A stretch of DNA of 64,000 nucleotides from Bacteroidota bacterium (GTDB taxonomy: Bacteria > Bacteroidota > Ignavibacteria > UBA10030 > UBA6906): NCBI GenBank assembly GCA_017860635.1, contig JAGDMK010000001.1, positions 15,727 to 79,726 of the forward strand, in the 5' to 3' direction. Made by a program: the position numbers and the translations under genes. This document shows, one piece after another, positions 57,101 through 64,000 of the stretch. The first letter of the stretch is position 1, and each line of letters starts with the position of its first letter. The notes beneath the pieces were generated by a model. That model had not been told where the DNA came from, did not search any database, and was given only the letters and a program-made list of their open reading frames with translations.

Positions 57101-57188
57101 TGGATCCGGGTTGTCGAGTGGAGTCTATTTGTACCGGCTCGATGCGGGAGGTGTGACTCAGTCACGGCGGATGATTATGGCAAAGTAG
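54102..57188 (+). CDS. M4 (thermolysin-like) zinc metalloprotease with a C-terminal beta-propeller-like region and T9SS CTD
   Basis: Signal peptide 'MRHSLILLFALAVLLGDSLQA'. 'HELTHGVTE..(19)..GALNESFSDVFG' is the M4 HExxH plus NExxSD signature. CTD 'NYPNPFNPGTRISFQIP..VYDILGREV..GVYLYRL'. Confidence 0.8.
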   Translation: MTDPMRHSLILLFALAVLLGDSLQAGNTKIPSSSSTPNGFDLKKARHYAPSAAQHSLFASDVANLTDRIAAATQVQADALQKLTPAQRVALESLRSSNPGRLAISWDDVHAVPIFVQGLAGAAMETDGSSLPSREQAQRVASEFLQANAGLLRIQDPASEFKQIDLQQDALGFTHIRYQQMYRGSEVWGRDVRVHVNSQGKVESFNGRYIPTPAGLVSDITTADAASAQAIAVERCGRDCRVTGVRNVYLPDDAGRLTLCWVVSVAGGLDLRNDVFVDAGTGQVAKVYNRVAMDGPVTGSGIDLQGVTRSLGVYQIGTQYLMIDASKTMYNASQSQMPADGKGVIYAFDARNAEQSIYYITSTTASSWSSRPGVSALYTGGKIYDYYRTVHNRNAIDNQGGTMNFIVNFKSNYSNAFWNGQYMVFGNGDGTTFSDLAGAADVAAHELTHGVTENTANLLYENQSGALNESFSDVFGTLFEFWLKSSGGNWLLGEDVFTPGTPGDALRSMSDPAGPEVPPGSRQPTKMSEYKNLPNDKSGDYGGVHINSGIPNKAFYLFATASGMTKEEAGQVYYRVLTTYLTKNSQFVDCRLSVIKAAEDLFGGAGNAKALAAAAAFDAVGITSGTATTPPTSDPPVQGTQYVALVNVSDGYLYRWTMGTTTFAKLSTMALASRPAVMDNGTYLFYVDQTNNLHVVGSDGTNDQTLSSGGGFNNIAVSRSGRYLAATTTFSEAKIYVFDLQNSAGNKVLQLYTPVYHTGESSGSIWYPDRIDWTADETRIMYDAYNTTVLTGGDTLGFWDINTVRLAEGTCSRLFAAQPRGINIGNAVYASNTDNLIAFDYMDENSQVKVLAVNLNTGDAGVVTNNYSSLGNPSFSVDDKKIYYHYINQSSSQYQVWAVDLLTDGITGSGSDVKQLDGGVYPLAFAVGTRPTDVPVSAELPQGCLLEQNYPNPFNPGTRISFQIPVAGKVTLKVYDILGREVATLVDAQVPAGVHAVPFDGSGLSSGVYLYRLDAGGVTQSRRMIMAK

Positions 57189-57256
57189 GGAGAACAATGT
57201 TCCAGTCGACGGGTCCACATCCTCGTGATAAAGTCGCCCTGCGGAGACGGTCAGAG

Positions 57257-59059
57257 ATGATGAGAGGCCGCTGTACAATTGTCGTTGCGTTGATCGTTGC
57301 CGGCATGCACCTGCCGCTTTCGGCGCAGACGTTGCGTTCGCAATACCTGGTGAATCCGGATCTTGCGATCGGATACGTGGATAGCTGTGCTCGCTTCTGG
57401 TTCAAGGCCTACGACTCTGTCCGGGGCGGCTTCTCCATGAACATTGACCGCACTGGTAACCTGATTACCTCCTGGGGCACAGGCAAAAACACACTCAACC
57501 AGTCCCGCGACGCGTACGGCTTTCTCCGTGCGTATATGCTCACCGGGAACGCCCAGTATCTCACGTACGCCCGCCGCGCGTTGGACTTCCTGTACCGGTC
57601 AGGATGGGACAGCACGAACGGCGGCTGGTACAACGAGGTGAACAGGGACGGCGTTCCTTCGAATCCGACAGCCAACAAGACCGCCTATTACCAGCACTAT
57701 GCGCTGCTCGGCATAGCGGCATCCGTTGAGGTGACCGATGACAGCCTCGATCGGGTGATGCTCGCACGAAGCCTTGCTCACAACGAGGCACGTTTCTGGG
57801 ACGCGCGGCTGCAGGCATTCGGGTACTATGATCAGACTCTCGCCAACGGTACTCAACCGTCGGGCAAAAGCTTCAATGCCACTGTGGATGCGGTAACAAC
57901 GCACTTGCTCTCGTTGTATCTGATGACGGGGGACTCGGTGTACGCCAGGAGGCTGAGGCAGATTGGGGACAACATGGTGAATCGACTTGCAGCTTCTTCC
58001 GCATCGCAGGCGATCGGGTTTGTGGAAGGATTCGATTCCGACTGGAATCCGGATCCTTCCAACACCATGACCATCATGGGACACGTGCTCAAGACCGGCT
58101 GGTGTCTTGCACGGCTGTATGTGTTGTTTCAGGATACCTCGTACCTGGGTGCTGCGGACCGGCTGGTCGAGTCGGTTGTCCAGAAGGGGTACGATCGCCA
58201 GAACGGCGGTCCGTACAAGGACTACAACCGCGTAACCGGCGAGATGCTGATGTGGGGACAGAAAGACACTGCCAAGGCATGGTGGCAGATGGAGCAGGCT
58301 ATCACCGCCGGCTTGCTTCTCGACTATTGTGGGCACTACTCCTATGCTTCGATCCCAGTGCTGCAGATGGCCGACGAGACGTTGGAGTTCTTTATGAAAT
58401 ACTTTGTCGACCATGTGTACGGGGAGGTGTATGAGAACCGCACCAAGTACGGGGCGCAGATCTGGGACACAAACAAAGGCAGCAGCGGGAAAGCTGCTTA
58501 CCATTCCATCGAACTTGGCTACTATGTGTACTTGTACGGCAAGTTGCTTCTGAGGAAGGAGCCGGCGACGCTGCACTATGCCTTCAGTCCAAAGCCGTAC
58601 GAGCGACAGATTCGCTTGATGCCCATCGTTGGAAAGTACATGATCGCTGGTGTGCTGCTCAACGGAGAGCGTCATTTCTCTTTCGACAAATGGCCCCCCA
58701 TGCTGAGGATCCCGGCAAATGTGGGTGGGGATTTTGCAGTAACCTTCGAGCCCATTGTCACCTCTGTTGATAGCAGGGCAGTCGCCGGCATGCCGGAGCA
58801 ACTGCAATTGGAACAGAACTTTCCTAATCCCTTCAATCCATCCACCACCATTCGCTTCTCACTGCCTGTTGCGGGGAGAGCGATTATGACGGTCCACGAT
58901 ATTCTCGGCAGGGAAGTCGCGAGGCTAGTCGATGAAGAAAAGGCAACGGGGACCTACACGGTCAGGTTCAGCGCGGATGGCTTGGCGTCAGGGGTTTACC
59001 TGTACCGCCTCCAGGCCGGAGGCGTTCAGATGACGAAGCGGATGCTCTATGTGAGATAA
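57257..59059 (+). CDS. (alpha/alpha)6-barrel N-acylglucosamine 2-epimerase (AGE)-like protein with T9SS CTD
   Basis: Signal peptide 'MMRGRCTIVVALIVAGMHLPLSAQ'. Repeated W/GGF/GGW motifs ('VRGGFSMNIDRTG', 'TNGGWYNEVNRDG', 'QNGGPYKDYN') spaced as in AGE-family six-hairpin enzymes. The family assignment is by eye only. CTD 'NFPNPFNPSTTIRFSLP'. Confidence 0.5.
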   Translation: MMRGRCTIVVALIVAGMHLPLSAQTLRSQYLVNPDLAIGYVDSCARFWFKAYDSVRGGFSMNIDRTGNLITSWGTGKNTLNQSRDAYGFLRAYMLTGNAQYLTYARRALDFLYRSGWDSTNGGWYNEVNRDGVPSNPTANKTAYYQHYALLGIAASVEVTDDSLDRVMLARSLAHNEARFWDARLQAFGYYDQTLANGTQPSGKSFNATVDAVTTHLLSLYLMTGDSVYARRLRQIGDNMVNRLAASSASQAIGFVEGFDSDWNPDPSNTMTIMGHVLKTGWCLARLYVLFQDTSYLGAADRLVESVVQKGYDRQNGGPYKDYNRVTGEMLMWGQKDTAKAWWQMEQAITAGLLLDYCGHYSYASIPVLQMADETLEFFMKYFVDHVYGEVYENRTKYGAQIWDTNKGSSGKAAYHSIELGYYVYLYGKLLLRKEPATLHYAFSPKPYERQIRLMPIVGKYMIAGVLLNGERHFSFDKWPPMLRIPANVGGDFAVTFEPIVTSVDSRAVAGMPEQLQLEQNFPNPFNPSTTIRFSLPVAGRAIMTVHDILGREVARLVDEEKATGTYTVRFSADGLASGVYLYRLQAGGVQMTKRMLYVR

Positions 59060-59129
59060 GGTTTGGCGATACGATGTGGCTTGGCGTCGAACGTACGATA
59101 GGGCAGTGCCTCAAGCAGCGAAGTTCAGA

Positions 59130-60164
59130 TCATTCGATCCGCACCCCCAGCGAAAAGTGATGCCGGGCTCCGAAGATTCCGAAGGCTTCATATCCGTAAT
59201 CCACCCTGAGCGGGACTCCTCCCAGTTCTTCGGAAAGCCCGATGCCTCCCGTGAATCCCCTCTCGTCATAATTCATCATGTAGCCCAGCCGCGCCACGAT
59301 CATGTTCAGATACGCATATTCAGCGCCGAACTTGATCTTCTCCTCAAAATCGCGCGGATGCCGGCTCTCGATCAGCAGGGTAAGGTTCTTTGCTTCGTCG
59401 TCATCGAGGAAGAACTGCAGCGGCTGGACAGAGATCCCGAAGTTGACCGCAAACGGCATCGGGAACGCCTCATTTTCGTATTTGATCTCGCGTGAGATAT
59501 TCTGCAGCGATGCCCCGAACCGGATGCCGTTGTAGAGAAAATCGTAGCATGCCCCCACATCGAGCGCAAAATCCCCGTGGTCGTACGTACGTTCGCTGAT
59601 GACAAGGTTCGGAGTGGTAATGGACCCGCCGAACGGTCCTACCCATGCTGAGGCCAGGTCCTGCACCGCGTACTTCACCTGGACTCCGTAGCTGAACCGG
59701 TTGCTGACCTGTTGTGCGAACGCCACCCCGAGGGCGTAGGCCTTCGGGGAAAACGTTCCGGTCTCCTCGTACCCTGCGGCATTGGTGGACCGCCGCGTAC
59801 CGTAGAACTCGCCGTAGTCCATCGAGACAAAGCTGACACCCAGAACGCCGAAGCCCCAGAGATCGGCCGTGGCGGCAATGGCGTTGTAGTTGATGTCGGC
59901 GATTCCCTGTGTCCGGTGGAGCGCGATGTCGAACTGCGACTGGTTCCAGGCGGTCAGCGCCGGATTCCAGAATAGCCCGCTCGCGTTGGTCGTCGTGGTG
60001 ATGCCTGTCCCCCCGCGGCCGATGACTTCTGCAGAGACCGGGTTCTCAAGGAACCGGAAGCCCACCTGTGCCTTCTTCGTGATTTGTGAAGCTGCTACAG
60101 CCGGAAGCAGTGCTGCCAGCAGCAGTATGGCGACGCATCTGTGCGTTCTCATGGTCGGCCTCAA
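59130..60164 (-). CDS. Outer-membrane beta-barrel protein, possibly PorP/SprF family (T9SS-associated)
   Basis: Signal peptide 'MRTHRCVAILLLAALLPAVAAS'. N-terminal 'LFWNPALTAW' resembles the PorP/SprF 'NPAYAG' region. Alternating hydrophobic pattern. The 4-bp overlap with the upstream CTD cargo gene indicates translational coupling. Confidence 0.35.
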   Translation of the reverse strand: MRPTMRTHRCVAILLLAALLPAVAASQITKKAQVGFRFLENPVSAEVIGRGGTGITTTTNASGLFWNPALTAWNQSQFDIALHRTQGIADINYNAIAATADLWGFGVLGVSFVSMDYGEFYGTRRSTNAAGYEETGTFSPKAYALGVAFAQQVSNRFSYGVQVKYAVQDLASAWVGPFGGSITTPNLVISERTYDHGDFALDVGACYDFLYNGIRFGASLQNISREIKYENEAFPMPFAVNFGISVQPLQFFLDDDEAKNLTLLIESRHPRDFEEKIKFGAEYAYLNMIVARLGYMMNYDERGFTGGIGLSEELGGVPLRVDYGYEAFGIFGARHHFSLGVRIE

Positions 60165-62296
60165 CGTACGATCACGAATTTGACGAACTGGTCTTCCAGC
60201 GGATTGCCGTCAAGATCGGCAGATTCCGTCACCGCAAGGATGTAGATGCCGCTTGCCACGTACTGGTTGGTGTCCGTGCGCTGGCCCCACGCATGATCCG
60301 CGGTGCCGTAGTGGGGAATAGTCGTCACGAGATCGCCGGTCTCCGTGAAGATCCTCAGCGTGCACTTCACCGGGAGGTTGACGAAGAGGATCTTGTCGGG
60401 GGTACCGGTGAATCCCAGCGCACCGGAGGCAACCGTCGCGGGATTGGGCACAACCCTGACTTTCCCGCCTTCGCTCAGGCCCGGCTTGAACGAGGCGGCA
60501 GGAAGCTGAGATCGGGTCGCATAGCGAGAGCTCTCCAATGGGGTGCCGGGATTCGGACCGGCCGTGTTTTGCGCGCCATCGTCCACCGCCGTAACGGCGT
60601 AGTAATAGTTGACACCACGCTGGATGTCCCGGTCGATATACGACGTGGCATTCCGATCGGTGGTTTCGTGAATCATGACCCACTCCTCGCCCGCGGATTG
60701 ATCCAGAGGATCGTTCACATAGTATGCGCCCCGCTTGCGGTACACCCGCCAGGCACGCCAGTCATCCACACCGGCCACGGGATCTTTGAAGTAGCCAGCG
60801 TCGGGGTACGACCAGGCGACCTCGATTCTGTCCGGCCCCGACGTGACGGCGATATCCGGTGGCGGTGGAGGAGCGGGTACGGGCTGGCTGCGGCTCATCC
60901 GGTCCCACGCCCAGTATGCCCGGTCGATGGCCTTCCACAATGAATCCCTGCCCCGCAGGATGTACGCACTCTTCATGGAGTCGGTGACGGGCTGCCCATC
61001 CAGCGAGCCGCCGTTGAGCCAGAGTCTCCCGACGGTGTCTGCTTCGCTCTTGCTAATGCTTCCAACCCCCACAGCGTAGACGAATGTGATGGAATCGACG
61101 CGGCCCGTGCTCCTGTCTTTGGTCAGACTGTAAGGGCCCGTGGTGACGAACCGCATCGGTCCTTTTTCCGGCGATGTGCTGAAGCCGGCCGTGATCGCGT
61201 CGGGTGGAAATTTCCCCCGCGAATCATCGCCGCGGTAGGTCTTCTTCAGATCGATGTCGCGGCGGCCCCAGAGATCCTTGATGATCGTCGCATGGGGCAT
61301 GGCGTATGGCTGGCTCACGTCGTCGGTCCGGTCCGACGCCGAACGGTCGGCCTGCAGGAGCGCGAAACCCGGTATCTGCGTCGAGTGCAGGTAGCCCGTG
61401 ACGCGGTCAGGGTCGCCCGTGTCATCGGTTGAGCCGTTGGGGTATGCGCGGCCATTCGGCACCCACGAATCCCAGTAATACGCAACTGCGAGAGAATCGC
61501 GCGGCCGGCCTGTCACCAGTTCTGATTTGCGCTTGAACCAGGAATCCAGATCATCTTCGCCTTCATAGGCGAACGTTCCAATGGACGCGCGCTCGCCGGC
61601 TTTCGTGGGCCCGAAGCTGAAGGCGAGGGGCCACCAGAAACGGATCGTCTGGTCGGGAAGCGTGTCCTTTGCGACGGAGCTTTCCCTCGGGAGTTTGAGC
61701 TCGCCTGTGAACTTGTGCGTGGCCTTCCAGATGAAGTAGTCTCCATGAACGGGATTGCTGAAGGCGAAGATCTCCACGTGCGAGCGGATGCCGAACTGCC
61801 CGAGAACATCTTCAAACTCAAGCTTGATGTCGCACGGCAATGAGGGGTCGACGGCCCACCGGTACGGCGGATCCAGCGCAATGCCGTCAACGGTGATGTG
61901 GGGAGGGCGGTACCGGCGTGTCTCGAGTGCCCAGTCGGTTTTGCCGTAGTTTGTCAGAGCGTCCCCGCGTGTGAACATGGGGCGCGCCACGCCGTTCTCA
62001 TCCAGAATCCCGCTGTCGTCAAGTGAGAGCGGGTTGAAGATCTGATAGAGCATGTTCGACTGCCATCTGTCGGCGGGCCAGAAGAACGTCTCGGTGGAAG
62101 CCCGGTTGTCTCCCGTCAGGTTCCAGCTGAATTGGGACTGCAGTCCGCCGTCGCCCATCAGGCGGTTCATGGCCAGGGAGATACGGTTGATATCCAGGGA
62201 CATCGTCCCTGGGTTGTAGTTGCGTTGCTGTGCGGAGCAGAGCGTGCACCCGATGATTCCGGCTGCAACCACGCGAATCACATTCGAGGTGTTCAT
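60161..62296 (-). CDS. Large secreted protein with a divergent T9SS C-terminal sorting domain
   Basis: Signal peptide 'MNTSNVIRVVAAGIIGCTLCSA'. C-terminus 'VVPNPATVASG..CTLRIFTETGDLVTTI..ASGIYILAV....VKFVIVR' follows the CTD pattern (NP..., IxD/E.G..V, sGiY). No catalytic domain was recognised. Confidence 0.55.
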   Translation of the reverse strand: MNTSNVIRVVAAGIIGCTLCSAQQRNYNPGTMSLDINRISLAMNRLMGDGGLQSQFSWNLTGDNRASTETFFWPADRWQSNMLYQIFNPLSLDDSGILDENGVARPMFTRGDALTNYGKTDWALETRRYRPPHITVDGIALDPPYRWAVDPSLPCDIKLEFEDVLGQFGIRSHVEIFAFSNPVHGDYFIWKATHKFTGELKLPRESSVAKDTLPDQTIRFWWPLAFSFGPTKAGERASIGTFAYEGEDDLDSWFKRKSELVTGRPRDSLAVAYYWDSWVPNGRAYPNGSTDDTGDPDRVTGYLHSTQIPGFALLQADRSASDRTDDVSQPYAMPHATIIKDLWGRRDIDLKKTYRGDDSRGKFPPDAITAGFSTSPEKGPMRFVTTGPYSLTKDRSTGRVDSITFVYAVGVGSISKSEADTVGRLWLNGGSLDGQPVTDSMKSAYILRGRDSLWKAIDRAYWAWDRMSRSQPVPAPPPPPDIAVTSGPDRIEVAWSYPDAGYFKDPVAGVDDWRAWRVYRKRGAYYVNDPLDQSAGEEWVMIHETTDRNATSYIDRDIQRGVNYYYAVTAVDDGAQNTAGPNPGTPLESSRYATRSQLPAASFKPGLSEGGKVRVVPNPATVASGALGFTGTPDKILFVNLPVKCTLRIFTETGDLVTTIPHYGTADHAWGQRTDTNQYVASGIYILAVTESADLDGNPLEDQFVKFVIVR

Positions 62297-62344
62297 TCGT
62301 CGGTCCTGGTGAAGGATGAGCTGAACGGAGAATGCACAGAGTTC

Positions 62345-64000
62345 TCAAAGATTCAGGCGGAGGCCGAGGACATATCTCCGCGGATTAAGGAATATCGGCG
62401 CCTGCCACCAGCCGATCTTGATATGCCCGTCATCAGACTTCCAGTCGCCCCATTTGTCCGATCCCCCCTTGTCCGGTGTCTTCAACGACTGTTTGTAATC
62501 GCTGTACTGGGCCTCCGTCATGTTCCCGGGAACGAGCCACTTGTTGTTTGTGAGATTCTTGATTGTCAGCACGAGTTCCAGTGTGCCCACCCCTATGTCG
62601 ATCATCTTCGATCCGCGGAAGTCGATGTTCCAGTAGTCCACGATGTCGACGTACTGCCAGAGCTTCACGTCCGGCTCGGACGGGTTCATCAGGATGCGTC
62701 CGCCATCGCGCCACTCGAAGAGGAAATTCGCGAAGAACCCACCCAGCCAGTTCCCTCCCAGCCAATCCGATCCGAAATCCATCGGTGTGTGAAGGCTGAG
62801 GTTGGCATTGGCACGGGGACGGGGCTCAGTGACGCTGATGTTGGGCGAGCGCAGCTCGCTGTCTTTCGCCTTCAGGCGGTTTTCATACACGCGCGCCAGT
62901 CCGGACTGACCCGAGCTCTGAACCATGTAATCGTACATCAGGTTGAATGTCACAAAGCGTCCCATTGGCCGCTCGAGACGCAACTCCACGCCGCGGATGT
63001 CGCGGTACGCGTCAGCATAGTACCGGCTGACGATATTGTCCTCGTAGTAGTTGATGTAACTCCTGGTGAGCGGTTCTCCCTGCACATCCTTGTAGTAGGC
63101 AACGACATTGACGATGAAGTCGTTGAGGATCATCTGCTCGTAGCCGAACTCGTACGACACTGTGCGCGCCATATCCAGATCCGGCGTCGGGACGGCGACA
63201 GATCCCAGGTTGAGCTGGGTGTTGTACAGGAATGATACTGCGGGGCGCTGGTAGAAGTGTCCGTAGTTGAAATACATCTTGCTCGCTTCGGTGATCGGGA
63301 AGGCGACACCGAGACGGGGCGAGAAGTACACCTGTACCCGGTTCTCCGTGGTGGGCCACCCGGGAGGATCTGCCATAAGATCGCGGAAGGCGAGCCAGCG
63401 CTCATAGGTGCCGGCGCCCCCGGGGAGGTTGCTGTAGATGTCCGCATACAGTTTTCTGTACTCTTCGGAAAGCGGAAACTCAGTCTGGTACCCCTTCTTC
63501 ATCGGGTTCAGGTAGTCCACTCGGAGCCCTGCGTTCAGTGTCATACCCTCAAACTCGAGCTTGTCCTGCGCATACAATCCAATTTCCAGCGGCGTTGCGT
63601 CGTAGTACTCCCACGTGTCGGGGGTATACGAAAGCTGGGATTGGAACCAGGTGCCCGTGTAGACGAAGAGGTCCTGAAGCCGGACGGAGATGCCCGCCTC
63701 AAGCTGGTGGTGGCGTCCGAGCTGGGCAGTGATGTCTCCCTTCAACTGGTAGACCCATGAATACGAGGAATCGATCCGCTGCGGTCCGCCGAAGAGTGCA
63801 AATGTCCCCAGGCCATCGAACCCGTAATTCGTAGATGCGTTCGGGCTGCCGTAGGTCGGGACGTAGAATCTGTAGGTTTTTCCGGTGTAGGTGGGGATTG
63901 TGCTTGCGCTCGTGTAATATACATACTGGTCGGCGCGGCTGGTATCCATTGCGAACGGCGAGAGCATCTGGTCAGTGTAGCCGATCTGCAGGTCGACAGT
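62345..64000 (-). CDS. Outer-membrane beta-barrel protein (TonB-dependent-receptor-like), 5' partial at the window edge
   Basis: Long Tyr/Gly/Asn-rich amphipathic beta-strand pattern throughout. The ORF is open to the end of the window. The C-terminal residue is not aromatic, so the TBDR assignment is tentative. Confidence 0.4.
   Translation of the reverse strand, partial: TVDLQIGYTDQMLSPFAMDTSRADQYVYYTSASTIPTYTGKTYRFYVPTYGSPNASTNYGFDGLGTFALFGGPQRIDSSYSWVYQLKGDITAQLGRHHQLEAGISVRLQDLFVYTGTWFQSQLSYTPDTWEYYDATPLEIGLYAQDKLEFEGMTLNAGLRVDYLNPMKKGYQTEFPLSEEYRKLYADIYSNLPGGAGTYERWLAFRDLMADPPGWPTTENRVQVYFSPRLGVAFPITEASKMYFNYGHFYQRPAVSFLYNTQLNLGSVAVPTPDLDMARTVSYEFGYEQMILNDFIVNVVAYYKDVQGEPLTRSYINYYEDNIVSRYYADAYRDIRGVELRLERPMGRFVTFNLMYDYMVQSSGQSGLARVYENRLKAKDSELRSPNISVTEPRPRANANLSLHTPMDFGSDWLGGNWLGGFFANFLFEWRDGGRILMNPSEPDVKLWQYVDIVDYWNIDFRGSKMIDIGVGTLELVLTIKNLTNNKWLVPGNMTEAQYSDYKQSLKTPDKGGSDKWGDWKSDDGHIKIGWWQAPIFLNPRRYVLGLRLNL

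Noticed and set aside
57599-58807. 402-aa minus-strand ORF
   Set aside because: Antisense to the AGE-like CTD cargo gene.
60086-63235. Plus-strand ORFs 60086-60943 (285 aa) and 62132-63235 (367 aa)
   Set aside because: Antisense to minus-strand genes that have a signal peptide plus CTD, and beta-barrel features, respectively.
1-64000. CRISPR arrays, integrases, transposases and prophage genes
   Set aside because: No regularly spaced short repeats with unique spacers and no recombinase-like ORFs were found. The repeats present are dispersed promoter and 3'-UTR elements and coding-sequence repeats.

Overview
This 64-kb window comes from a moderately high-GC bacterium that exports proteins through the type IX secretion system (T9SS). 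Its C-terminal sorting domains (CTDs) are of the FCB-superphylum type seen in Bacteroidota, Ignavibacteriota and Chlorobi-like genomes. The window is dominated by a dense island of T9SS cargo genes. Fifteen proteins end in a near-identical ~80-aa CTD ('NYPNPFNPSTTI..VYDMLGREV..GVYFYRLQAG..KRLLLLK'). Their passenger domains are very diverse: BNR/Asp-box beta-propeller repeat proteins, Kelch propellers, pectate-lyase-like beta-helices, an SBBP-repeat protein, a triplicated DUF4397-like protein, an M1 aminopeptidase, an M4 thermolysin-like protease and an AGE-like (alpha/alpha)6 protein. The cargo genes are modular. Many share a conserved 5' leader plus signal peptide ('M..F.CLAL..VLLCPC..AQW') and a conserved 3' end (CTD plus a hairpin-rich downstream element). 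A second dispersed element carries a consensus TTGACA-N17-TATATT promoter followed by a conserved hairpin RNA. Three paralogous BNR-repeat cargo genes each carry an in-frame TGA at the equivalent inserted-loop position, exactly 18 nt upstream of an identical GGTGGGGTC 9-mer that forms the 3' arm of a hairpin. This is a candidate programmed recoding event (selenocysteine or readthrough) rather than random pseudogenisation. Other genes present: lnt, an RRM RNA-binding protein, two two-component systems (a Reg_prop/Y_Y_Y HisKA_3 kinase with a NarL-type regulator, and a YfiR-like protein with a HAMP-PAS-HisKA_2 kinase), hisS, hutH, a YghZ-like aldo/keto reductase, msrB, a GT4-Wzx-unknown-GT4 polysaccharide operon, DoxX, a PorP/SprF-like outer-membrane protein paired with a CTD cargo protein, and a partial outer-membrane beta-barrel protein.
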